Source: a virus
Taxonomy: Duplodnaviria > Caudoviricetes
DNA length: 28,859 nucleotides
Virus record (IMG/VR): IMGVR_UViG_3300011339_000040
Location: 1-28,859 of that record
Direction: 5' to 3' (one strand)
Below, one piece after another: positions 16,855 to 25,566 of the stretch. The position numbers were made by a program, and so were the translations under genes. How positions within the stretch are numbered: position 1 is the stretch's first letter; every line of letters begins with the position of its first letter. Below the pieces are notes generated by a model. The model was not told where the DNA came from, made no database searches, and saw only the letters and a list, made by a program, of their open reading frames with translations.

Positions 16855-18969
16855 TTACGCGGGGAGGTATTTCTCAGCGCGGCTATTTCTTGCCACTTTA
16901 CCCTTGCCGACAGTCTTGCCGCGAGCCTTTTGAATCCTGTCCATCATTGCGTACAGCTTGCGTGCGCCAGCTTCTGTTGAGCCGTTACCCAACTCAGAAA
17001 CTATACGTGCAGGCACAACAAACTCACCGTCAGCTAAACGTGCAGGTTGCTTCCTACCAATCACCGCAGGGATGGAGTCGGACACACCGTCGCCGGGGCC
17101 GCGAAGTAAGCGACCGCCATCAGAATAACCGCCCAAGTTATATCCAGCATTTGACATACCTCCGGCAGCTAACCTTTCTTCCCCTGTGGAAAGATCCATG
17201 CGCATACCGCCGCTTGATACTACGTTTTCACCCATCGGAATTTGTGTTGGTGCAGAAAACCGATTGGTTAGAGTGTGTGCTTGAGGGTAATTTGTATTAG
17301 CACCAATAGAGCTTGAAGTAGCCATACGCTCAGGCTCCGCCATGCCACCCCCTGCATAAGCAGCCGTTAAACCACCCGCTGCCCCGGTTGCGTTCTTGGG
17401 ATAAGGCGATTTGGGAAAGGACGATGTAGCACCAGTTCTGCCATCATAACTCGCTTGATTTGCCCAAAAATTATTCGCTAGGTTCTCGGAGCTCAAAGGG
17501 TCGTCCGCTGGCGCAGCCCCCTCAATTTTTGAGTACCGTTGCGTAATAGGGTCGAAGGCAAAGCCAGAATTAGCTAACCCTGTCGTTGTTGGTGGCGGCG
17601 TAGTGGGGGCTTGTAATTGATTTGGCGCACCGACCGTTTGTCTCAGGTATTCGTTAAACTCCTGCGCTAAAGGGCCGCCTGTTTTTTCAGCTAGTCTTTT
17701 GTTTGCCGCCAATTCAGGAGCCGCTGCTGTTCTGAAGGCCGCAATCTCAGAAGCATCGACGCTAGGGCCAAAAGTCTTATTCCAATGCTCTAGACCACCC
17801 TTATCCGGAGTACGATCTAGATACGTCGAATACAGCCCTTCAACCGTAGTGGGCACAGGGGCGTTTGCGGCAGGAGCGCCGCCTGTAGCTGGGGTAGATG
17901 CATATTGAGGAGTTTGTGGTTGAGCCGCACGTTGCGCTTGCATCAGTTTAAACGCTGCCAGTGCTGGAGTGTCGGCGGGTGGTGTTGCAGGAGCTACGAC
18001 TGGCTTAACTTCGGTGGTTGCGCCACCCTCAGCATACCCATACATTAATTTAGCTTCTTCAGGTGTAAGCTTTGTATAAGAAGGCGCAAAGTAGCGCTGC
18101 TCACGACCATAAATATCGGGAGTTGGGAATGGTGTAGTGGTGGGGGATTGCGTGTTAGCTAGCGGATCTTGCCCCGGCTGAACTTTCTGCTGACCACCCG
18201 TTGGGTTCATGGAAAACCCGTAGCGCTGACCCATATCTGCATTGGATTTTTCTTCTTCAAGTTTTTTAGGCGTCATAGCCTCGCCAATAGCTGGTGCGGC
18301 GGCAGGGCCAAGCTTGCTAATTAAACTCATGGGTGAGCCGCCAAGGTTTTGATAAAGACTGCTTAAACCACCTTCTTGACCAAGGGTTCCAGCACCTTTA
18401 AACATATTTTGAATGTTCCCCATGAAATCGCCGGAACCGGCGGCAGTAGCTCTAGACGCATTTAAAGTATCGGCAAGCGTCTTTTTTGTGGCTTCTTGGG
18501 CGGATGACCAAGCTTCTGGGGTTAGTGAAGTGTTAGTTGGGTTATATGCTTGATTGGCTACTGCGTTATCAATTACCGCTTGTTTTGCATCAATTACGGA
18601 TGGATCCATTGTAACCGCGTTCTCCATCAACCCCGCGCCCATATTACCGCCGCCATAAGCGCCCAGACCAGCCATCAAACCTTTTTCCAAGCTGCCAGTC
18701 ATAAGCGTCATGCCGCCGCCAACCATTAAAGCAGCCATAGGAGCGCCAACGCCTGTAGCAGTTAAAGCCGCACCAGCCACCATAGGCAAAATAGACTCAA
18801 GGAAGCCAGCTTCGGGTAAGCCCGTCTGTGGATTGATAGATAATTGACCACCATGCGCCATCGCTATGTCATTGAGGCTTTTGACCTCGCGGGGCGACAT
18901 GTGAACAAGCGTGGAATCGTTACCACGACCCTGCGATGAAAGGTGTTGGGCTGCAAGCTGTAAGCTCAT
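16855..18969 (-). CDS. Putative internal virion/ejection protein with tape-measure-like C-terminal motif and DUF4214-like segment
   Basis: 704 aa; RBS AGAGG; SINPQTGLPE N-terminal module; Gly/Ala hydrophobic stretch; LYSTYLDRTPDKGGLEHW; GPGDGVSDSIPA...LADGEFVV. Confidence 0.75.
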   Translation of the reverse strand: MSLQLAAQHLSSQGRGNDSTLVHMSPREVKSLNDIAMAHGGQLSINPQTGLPEAGFLESILPMVAGAALTATGVGAPMAALMVGGGMTLMTGSLEKGLMAGLGAYGGGNMGAGLMENAVTMDPSVIDAKQAVIDNAVANQAYNPTNTSLTPEAWSSAQEATKKTLADTLNASRATAAGSGDFMGNIQNMFKGAGTLGQEGGLSSLYQNLGGSPMSLISKLGPAAAPAIGEAMTPKKLEEEKSNADMGQRYGFSMNPTGGQQKVQPGQDPLANTQSPTTTPFPTPDIYGREQRYFAPSYTKLTPEEAKLMYGYAEGGATTEVKPVVAPATPPADTPALAAFKLMQAQRAAQPQTPQYASTPATGGAPAANAPVPTTVEGLYSTYLDRTPDKGGLEHWNKTFGPSVDASEIAAFRTAAAPELAANKRLAEKTGGPLAQEFNEYLRQTVGAPNQLQAPTTPPPTTTGLANSGFAFDPITQRYSKIEGAAPADDPLSSENLANNFWANQASYDGRTGATSSFPKSPYPKNATGAAGGLTAAYAGGGMAEPERMATSSSIGANTNYPQAHTLTNRFSAPTQIPMGENVVSSGGMRMDLSTGEERLAAGGMSNAGYNLGGYSDGGRLLRGPGDGVSDSIPAVIGRKQPARLADGEFVVPARIVSELGNGSTEAGARKLYAMMDRIQKARGKTVGKGKVARNSRAEKYLPA

Positions 18970-19003
18970 TTTTGCCTCTTTAGATGGGGGTTAATCAAGT
19001 TTA

Positions 19004-19345
19004 TCACGCCTTAATCCTTAATGGGTAACTTGTTGCAACCCCACCAGAGGTGTCGTAATAGACATCACCTGAGCGTAAGTTGGCAAAGTCAGCTTGTGTT
19101 GGCAGACTAATAACAAACTGCGCTGGGTTACTTGGGCTGGGCTGTACGCAACTGAGCGCTGAAAATATATAGGCGGGGGCTGAACCAACCGCCGGATTTC
19201 GCTGCGTTGCTATGTTTATAGGGCCGGGGTTATCTAGCTGATTGAAGTACTGCCGAATAATACTGAAAATATTGTCAAATACCTCCCTGTCATATGTAAC
19301 AGGAGCCGTCGGCAGTCGTGGTGCTTTTACTAATTTTGATGCCAT
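19004..19345 (-). CDS. Small virion protein following the tail hub (needle/plug position)
   Basis: 113 aa; TAATG coupling to the upstream gene; APRLPTAP...Y...YFNQLD N-terminus. Role assigned from synteny only. Confidence 0.65.
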   Translation of the reverse strand: MASKLVKAPRLPTAPVTYDREVFDNIFSIIRQYFNQLDNPGPINIATQRNPAVGSAPAYIFSALSCVQPSPSNPAQFVISLPTQADFANLRSGDVYYDTSGGVATSYPLRIKA

Positions 19346-22011
19346 TATCTTCTCCCGTCTGGTCTAACATCAAGGCGAGGGGTTCCCAACTGCCACGCCG
19401 TTCCTAAAGATGTGGTTGTTCCGGGGACGTTGTTAGACTCAATCCGGAACGCCATCTGCCGACCTCTAGCGCGAACATAGACTATTTGTGTAAACAATTG
19501 CACGGTGTAGTAAGGAGCTGTGGTGTAGTTATTACCGCTAATAACAAACGGATTGTCCGAATCCCCATAGGCTGAACCGGGGTTTTGCCTTGGCCTAATG
19601 GTGAAGTTGACATTTGGTGCGGTACTAGTTGAGCCATCAAATGTAATGTCGGGGATAACACGCCACACAAAACCGTAGTTGTGCCCATCCCCAATGTCAA
19701 AGTCTGAAGACTCGCAATATGCGGCTATTGCTACAGCCGTCCCAGTTTCATTGTTATCAGGAACTTGTGGAACCTCGTGATAAACAATAGCGCCATTGGT
19801 GTAGGTGTAAGGGGTTGCAGAGTTTATGTAGCATATTCCCGCAATCGGCCCCGCAGTGGGCGCTTGACGTAAGGGGCTATCTATCCAGCTAGTGCGTGGT
19901 CTGACTGCGCCATAGTAAGAGTCGCCAACACCGTTAAATGTGCCGTAATACCATGTGTTTTCAACGTAGTTATAAATAACGTAGCGGTCAATGATTGTAT
20001 TTAACGCCCCGCCACTTATGTTTGAACCGTCTGGGCTTGTGCCTGTGGCTGATGGGTAGAACCACCATACCTCGTTGTACGCTTTGTTAGACCCGGTAGT
20101 TATTTGATACGCTTGTCCTAAATTAATGTTGCTATAAACATATTGGCGCACTGTGCTGGGCAGTGTCTCTACGCGACCAGAGTACACATAGAACTTATCC
20201 GCGCCCATCCAAAACACCATGTTGTTAGCGGTTACTACCGCATTTGGACTAGCAATAGAAAGATTGTCACCAAGGAGTTGGTTGCCCCAAACATAGGGAG
20301 GGCCTAAGTACTGTAAAGAGTACAGCGAAGCATCTGTCCAAATCAAAATCTCTTGGCGGGTTTGTAGGTAAGTAACAATCGTTGAGCCCTTGCTCAATTG
20401 AACACCGCCCGCTTGGTTTGTAATTGCGGGAGTCCAAACACCTACCTGTTCTTGGTCAGACCAGCGAATCTGTAAAGGATCTTGCGCAGTAGACGCATAA
20501 ACACCTGTTGGGTCATTACAGCCTAGCGCAAAGACAAACCGAGACGAGTCAGAAACTAAAACTATATTGGCTACTGAAGGACATGTTGAGTCGGGGGTAA
20601 ACGGGCCATTTTTTGTACTAACTGAAGTTCCCGCTTGTAGTATCTGAGCACGGTCATACAAGTTGTTGTTTGCATTATTTGCCCAGTAATACATCGCACC
20701 GCCGCGTGGGTTGATGATTAAATCTTCCCCGTAGTTTGATTGCGACCATAAGCGAAGCGCAGTGCCAGAGGTTGTGCCCGAACTAGCGGTAGATGCAGAA
20801 GCCACGCCCCAGCCTGTAGCGGCTGACGAAAATTGAAGTACTGCATCGCCGGTGCTATGCGCAACGACTGGGGTGTTATCTACGCTTCTTGTTATGGTTC
20901 CGGCAAATGTGTTTGCTGTAACTGACGTATACGTAACTGTTTCTGCGTTTGCGTAAGTTGAGGATGGCCCAGAACCAGCACTGTTTATAAATATTACGCC
21001 ACCACTACCTGTAATAGTTGTAGACGCCACAACAGTGGTTTTGTTTGTTTGCCAAGTTGAAGCAGTGCCAGTGCCAGAAATATTAGACACGATGTATGTG
21101 CCAGCAGCCACTCCAGTGCCAGTTAACACCATGCCAATGTAGATAGTTCCAGAAGATAAAGTGCCAACTGTAAGTACGCCTGTGGAAGAAATAGTTGATG
21201 TTGCTAGGGAAGCCGCGCCGTTGTTAAAACCTGTGGTAGACACAACTGCAATTGCTGTGGTTGCTGTTGAGCTAATATTTGCCGTAAGAGTTGTAGAAGC
21301 CAAAGGCCCAGTAGAGCCGCCCCAACCGCCAGCGCCCCACCCCGTACCCACTGTATAACTACTATTACCAGTATTTATCTGATAGTTTCCAATAGTGGCT
21401 GAACCACCATTACCCGAGTCGCTACTATTTGCTGCAACGGATGATGTAATTGTGTACGTGTCATTATTTACAAAGGTAATCTGGTACTCTCTGTTTAATA
21501 TAACTGCGGTTATGACTCCGCCAAGAGATATTGCCCCAGTAAAGACTACAAAGTCACCAGTCTGAGCGCCGTGGCCTACGTCTGTAACGGTAATGGTTGT
21601 AGACCCATTAGTTGCTGCAAAAGTTACATCCCCAGCAGCGGTGATTGCGCGGATGGGGGTAACGTCATTAAACGCCCCGTTGATGGAGTTCTGGATGTAG
21701 TACTTCAAACTTGTGCCAACTCCAAGCAAGTTAGAGTTGTTTAAATTAACCCAGTTAATTAAAGACCGAACTACGCCCCAAAACGCAGCGCCGCCCGTGA
21801 TGGGGGTGGAGGTTGTTGTCCCACCAGAAATAAATGTGCCTGCTGGTGCGGTAGTAGCTATTGTTCCAGAATCACGGAGCCAACCCCCAATTTTTTCTAC
21901 AGAGCCAGAACGAAACCGAACTTTGTCTGAAGCAAACCATCCACCCTCGTTTGTAAGGGTGGTAGATTCCCTATTAACACCGGGTCTAAATTGCAGTTTT
22001 TGTAATGGCAT
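19345..22011 (-). CDS. Tail hub/nozzle protein (P22 gp10-like DNA stabilisation protein) with inserted beta domains
   Basis: 888 aa beta-rich; begins MPLQKLQFRPGVNRE..., contains IRWSDQE, ends PDGRR; located upstream of the ejection genes. Confidence 0.75.
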   Translation of the reverse strand: MPLQKLQFRPGVNRESTTLTNEGGWFASDKVRFRSGSVEKIGGWLRDSGTIATTAPAGTFISGGTTTSTPITGGAAFWGVVRSLINWVNLNNSNLLGVGTSLKYYIQNSINGAFNDVTPIRAITAAGDVTFAATNGSTTITVTDVGHGAQTGDFVVFTGAISLGGVITAVILNREYQITFVNNDTYTITSSVAANSSDSGNGGSATIGNYQINTGNSSYTVGTGWGAGGWGGSTGPLASTTLTANISSTATTAIAVVSTTGFNNGAASLATSTISSTGVLTVGTLSSGTIYIGMVLTGTGVAAGTYIVSNISGTGTASTWQTNKTTVVASTTITGSGGVIFINSAGSGPSSTYANAETVTYTSVTANTFAGTITRSVDNTPVVAHSTGDAVLQFSSAATGWGVASASTASSGTTSGTALRLWSQSNYGEDLIINPRGGAMYYWANNANNNLYDRAQILQAGTSVSTKNGPFTPDSTCPSVANIVLVSDSSRFVFALGCNDPTGVYASTAQDPLQIRWSDQEQVGVWTPAITNQAGGVQLSKGSTIVTYLQTRQEILIWTDASLYSLQYLGPPYVWGNQLLGDNLSIASPNAVVTANNMVFWMGADKFYVYSGRVETLPSTVRQYVYSNINLGQAYQITTGSNKAYNEVWWFYPSATGTSPDGSNISGGALNTIIDRYVIYNYVENTWYYGTFNGVGDSYYGAVRPRTSWIDSPLRQAPTAGPIAGICYINSATPYTYTNGAIVYHEVPQVPDNNETGTAVAIAAYCESSDFDIGDGHNYGFVWRVIPDITFDGSTSTAPNVNFTIRPRQNPGSAYGDSDNPFVISGNNYTTAPYYTVQLFTQIVYVRARGRQMAFRIESNNVPGTTTSLGTAWQLGTPRLDVRPDGRR

Positions 22012-22013
22012 GA

Positions 22014-22355
22014 TTAACCTACATTACGCTCAAAATGAGGGCAATCTACTAGAGACTTGAAGTTACCGCCCCAGCGGTTCTTTGGATGCAAAGTCTCCCA
22101 ATACGCACCCAGTGGGGCAAGGATTGCCTTATCCCAAATGATTTTTCCATCCTTGAAGAAGTTCAAATCTATTGCGCAGCGCTTTAGATGGATGGAATTC
22201 ATTGTCTTGGAACGCCCCGTCTTGAAGTAAATTGCTTGCTGTTCGGGTGTACGAGCAAGTTCCCCGCCAGTCACCACGAATCCTTGGTCTGTAGCGTACT
22301 GGATTAGCTTACACATGTCCAGCAAAAATGCAGCTTGTTCGGTGTTTAAACTCAT
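22014..22355 (-). CDS. Endolysin, peptidase M15 family
   Basis: R-T-x-x-x-Q, SIHLKRCAID (SxHxxxxAxD), WGG and DCPHFE zinc-peptidase motifs. Confidence 0.9.
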   Translation of the reverse strand: MSLNTEQAAFLLDMCKLIQYATDQGFVVTGGELARTPEQQAIYFKTGRSKTMNSIHLKRCAIDLNFFKDGKIIWDKAILAPLGAYWETLHPKNRWGGNFKSLVDCPHFERNVG

Positions 22356-22864
22356 TTTTTGCCTTTCAATTCAGCCAGCTTCTCAATTGTCCGGCCTCCA
22401 AAATACGCACCCATTATGAGCATCCCCCACTGCCCAAGCAACTGGACGTAGGACTCATTGGCATTTAAACCAAAGGCGCTCATCATGGCAAACAAAAAAT
22501 AACCAAAGAAAATGGCAATCAAACTCATGGGGCGGATGTTCTTGGACAGCCAAGAGTCGGAAGCCATATCAGCTTCCCAGCGGTCTGTAATGTTGTCGGC
22601 ATCATTTTGAGCAGCCTTGGCAAACAGTTCCAGTTCAGCTAACTCCAGCTTGGCCTTCTCAATACCTAACTCAAGGAGCTTTTCCTCATGCTCAAACTGA
22701 AGCTGGCGCAGGTTACTGACTTCTTCAGGGGTTGGATTGTCGGGAATCTTTACGCCAAGTGTGTTCTCAACCACCTCTTTGCCCTTGGCTTGGATGGCAG
22801 ACGACAGCAGGGTAAGGCCGTTTTGGGCTAGGCTACCTAGCAGGGATGCGACTATTGGAATCAT
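22352..22864 (-). CDS. Holin (GTA 3TM-like)
   Basis: DSWLSKNIRP, two C-terminal hydrophobic helices, YFGGRTIEK; ATGA overlap with the endolysin; start placed at MIPIV (ATG 22864). Confidence 0.8.
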   Translation of the reverse strand: MIPIVASLLGSLAQNGLTLLSSAIQAKGKEVVENTLGVKIPDNPTPEEVSNLRQLQFEHEEKLLELGIEKAKLELAELELFAKAAQNDADNITDRWEADMASDSWLSKNIRPMSLIAIFFGYFLFAMMSAFGLNANESYVQLLGQWGMLIMGAYFGGRTIEKLAELKGKK

Positions 22865-23015
22865 CTCTTTTTTCCTTTTCAACTTCTCTACGTACTTTTT
22901 CCATTTTCTCTATCTGCTGTTTGGCCTCGTGCTTTGTTTGCTGCACGTCCATGTACAACATCCCAAGGAGCGGAAGCAATAACACAACAAGAACACAAGC
23001 CGCTATCCATCCCAC
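22833..23015 (-). CDS. Small single-TM protein with charged coiled tail (lysis region); may start at 23138
   Basis: GTG 23015 preceded by GGGAGA; WIAACVLVVLLLPLLGMLYM transmembrane segment; frame is open back to ATG 23138. Confidence 0.65.
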   Translation of the reverse strand: MGWIAACVLVVLLLPLLGMLYMDVQQTKHEAKQQIEKMEKVRREVEKEKRDDSNSRIPAR

Positions 23016-23017
23016 AA

Positions 23018-23686
23018 CTATCTCCCAATCCTGTACAAGAGGCTGAGGAGCAACCACATATATAGGAGGAATAGGATAGTCGCCAGCAGATATGCCTGCC
23101 TTTCCTTTAGCAGCCTTTCTTGCTCCTTGCGTTGCCATGACTCATCATCCCGTTTCTTCCTTGCTTTGTCCTGCTCTATCTTGATGACATCCCGCATATC
23201 AAACACTTTTGAGTACAAGGCCCCCATTTCTTTGGGAGCGCCGTATACCATCGCCTCTCTTATCTCCACCTCTAACGCCGCCATTTGGTCTTGAGCCATC
23301 ACCCGTTTCAGGGCGGCTTCCATCAGGTTAGCGTCAGGGTCGTAAACAGTTTTGCTTTTCTCTTCCTCTTCCCTTATGTGCTCGGCAAGCTGTTCTTGCA
23401 GCTTAAAGAACTGAGACAACTGAGTAACGATGTCTGCCATGACTTGGGTTTCGTCAACGGCAACATAGGCTTCTTTCTTTTTCGCCACAGGCTTGGGGCT
23501 TGAGGTGGGCGTTGTTCCGAAGAGCTTTGCCCAGAATCCTCTGACTGCTTTAACATCTGACGCAACCTCGTCAACAGTCTTTTTGATCTCCATGAAAGAA
23601 GTTTTAGCTTCTTTATAGAGTTTGCACCCCTGCTTGATAGCAGCAACGCAAGCGTTAGCGGCAAAGAGGATGCTGAGAGGATCCAC
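23018..23686 (-). CDS. Helical protein with hydrophobic N-terminus and C-terminal TM anchor (lysis region)
   Basis: 222 aa; GTG start; MDPLSILFAANACVAAIK...; C-terminal YLLATILFLLYMWLLLSLLY. Confidence 0.75.
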   Translation of the reverse strand: MDPLSILFAANACVAAIKQGCKLYKEAKTSFMEIKKTVDEVASDVKAVRGFWAKLFGTTPTSSPKPVAKKKEAYVAVDETQVMADIVTQLSQFFKLQEQLAEHIREEEEKSKTVYDPDANLMEAALKRVMAQDQMAALEVEIREAMVYGAPKEMGALYSKVFDMRDVIKIEQDKARKKRDDESWQRKEQERLLKERQAYLLATILFLLYMWLLLSLLYRIGR

Positions 23687-23691
23687 ATGTC

Positions 23692-24948
23692 TTAGCCTAC
23701 TTTGGCTTCTAAGGCTTCAATCCGAGACAGAGCCTCTTGTAGGGCAGCAGTTAACAAAGGAATTAAAGCCGTAGTATCAACGCCCTGATATTCAGGTTGG
23801 TTATTTTCGTCAACTGCGTCTTTAGCACCATGAACTGCATTTGGCACTACTTCTTGTAATTCATGCGCAAGAAATCCCTCGGCTACCCCAACACTTGGGT
23901 TTTTAATCCAAGTAAATGTTTTTGGCTTTAACTGTTTAACCCTGATTGCAGCACCAGTAAATGACAATACATTTTCTTTTAAACGATAGTCAGAAAAGTT
24001 GTTAAGGGTACAAGTAGAGCCATTGGTTGTTATGTAGCCGACCTCTGTTCCTGAGAAGTTGTAACTTGATAATCTAGTACCCGTGCTATCTGTAAAAATT
24101 ACCATGCCAGTGCTAGTACCGTTATTTTGGGTAAGCAAGCCTACAGTAGAGCCGCCACCAGACGCATTTGGTCTAACTACTAAAGCCTGCGTTGAGCCAG
24201 CGGAAGTTGTTGCACCAAACGAACTCTGAGTAAAAGCATTATTTGCAGTAAGTGTAGGAATTCCTGCACCTGCCAAAGTAGACGAACCTGTACCGCCGTT
24301 GGAAACAGGAAGTTGACCACTCACATTGCTAGTCAATGAACAGTACGTTGTGGATGAAGTGCCTGTACCGCCGTTGGTAATAGGAAGTACGCCAGTGACC
24401 TGTGATGTCAAATTAACGCCCGACAATGATCCGCCAAGGGTCAAATTACCAGTAGAAGTAACTGTGCCAGTTAATGTAATCCCGTTTACAGTGCCTGTTC
24501 CACCTACAGAAGTAACGCCGGGAGCAGCGGCAGTTGTAGCAAGGACAATGTCTGTGCCATTACATACCAAAATTGTTTTAGTGCCGTTTGGGACGGAAAC
24601 ACCTGTTTGCCCACTTACTTTGACGGTAACCGCAAAACCGCCGGTTGTATTGTTATAGATGAAATACAGCTTTTTATTGGCGTTAGGAGAAGTACCCGGA
24701 ACAATTACGCTACGAGCCGCAGTTAAAGCGCCCGTTAATTCAATATACATATTTCGGGCGGTAGCAGAAGCGCCTTGCGTCATGGAAAGCGACTGATCCG
24801 AATCAGCCATAGCCAGAGTCGTATACCCAGAGATAGCTTGCTCAACCAGTGTGCCTAGATTAGTGTTTGTGGTTTGGCCCCAGTTACCGGCTTGTTCGCC
24901 GTTGCCGATCAGTTCAAGAGCAAGATTGGTTGAATAGTTGCTTGACAT
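23692..24948 (-). CDS. Tail fibre with C-terminal intramolecular chaperone (peptidase S74)
   Basis: Two LP-x-x-NGGTG repeats; SDYRLKENV autocleavage motif (Ser at 23992-23994); GFLAHELQEVVP; terminal coiled coil; RBS AAGGA. Confidence 0.88.
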   Translation of the reverse strand: MSSNYSTNLALELIGNGEQAGNWGQTTNTNLGTLVEQAISGYTTLAMADSDQSLSMTQGASATARNMYIELTGALTAARSVIVPGTSPNANKKLYFIYNNTTGGFAVTVKVSGQTGVSVPNGTKTILVCNGTDIVLATTAAAPGVTSVGGTGTVNGITLTGTVTSTGNLTLGGSLSGVNLTSQVTGVLPITNGGTGTSSTTYCSLTSNVSGQLPVSNGGTGSSTLAGAGIPTLTANNAFTQSSFGATTSAGSTQALVVRPNASGGGSTVGLLTQNNGTSTGMVIFTDSTGTRLSSYNFSGTEVGYITTNGSTCTLNNFSDYRLKENVLSFTGAAIRVKQLKPKTFTWIKNPSVGVAEGFLAHELQEVVPNAVHGAKDAVDENNQPEYQGVDTTALIPLLTAALQEALSRIEALEAKVG

Positions 24949-24957
24949 GGTTTATCC

Positions 24958-25551
24958 TTATTGGCTGTTGTTAATATCTACCCAGTTTGGCGTTTGTGAA
25001 TCGTTGATGGTGATCCACCCTCTTACAACGGTGCTATCAAAAAGTGTAATTGCTTCAGTCAAACTTAGCGTCAATTGGGATATTAACAAGTCGGCGTTAC
25101 CAGACGTTATCGCCTCGACTATTGACTGACTAAACACTGTCTGCGTCGAGAAGGCATCAGCCGCCCCTAAGTCTTCTGTGATGTTAAAACCAATTACAAG
25201 AATTAAAGCACGGACATCATCAACAGCAATAGTTTCGGTAATAGAGGCCGCGAAAGCACTGCCAATCTCAATTGAGTCAGCAAGCGTGATGCCTTCGGTG
25301 ATGCTACTGCTGAAATTTAACCCCCCAGCAAATGTGTCGGCAATAGAAATGTTTTCAGTGACACTCAAGGAATACATTAACTCTTGAGTACTGCTGTCGT
25401 CAAAACCGGCGTTCTCTGCTATTGAGAAAAGCAGTGCCGCTACTACTGCATTAGTGTCTGCAACGGCAATATCTTCCGAAATATTTAAGGCAAAGTTATT
25501 CCCCGCTAGACTAGCAAATGATGTTTGAGCAAACGAGGATATACCGAACAT
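24958..25551 (-). CDS. Acidic 20-aa-repeat structural protein
   Basis: 197 aa; eight in-register repeats x-S/N-I-T-E-x-I-x-x-x-D; RBS AAGG. Confidence 0.78.
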   Translation of the reverse strand: MFGISSFAQTSFASLAGNNFALNISEDIAVADTNAVVAALLFSIAENAGFDDSSTQELMYSLSVTENISIADTFAGGLNFSSSITEGITLADSIEIGSAFAASITETIAVDDVRALILVIGFNITEDLGAADAFSTQTVFSQSIVEAITSGNADLLISQLTLSLTEAITLFDSTVVRGWITINDSQTPNWVDINNSQ

Positions 25552-25566
25552 GATGCGCCTTTATGG

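Noticed and set aside
7638-18000. Many + strand ORFs of 60-190 aa opposite the virion genes
   Set aside because: Antisense shadows of long minus-strand genes, with no recognisable motifs or RBS.
18998-19030. Extended -10-like TGATAAACT on the minus strand upstream of the 704-aa gene
   Set aside because: It overlaps a stop codon and has no well-spaced -35 box; too weak to call.
23374-23688. 104-aa ATG-initiated ORF overlapping the 222-aa gene
   Set aside because: The sequence looks like an off-frame translation; the GTG frame gives a coherent helical/TM protein that fills the gap.
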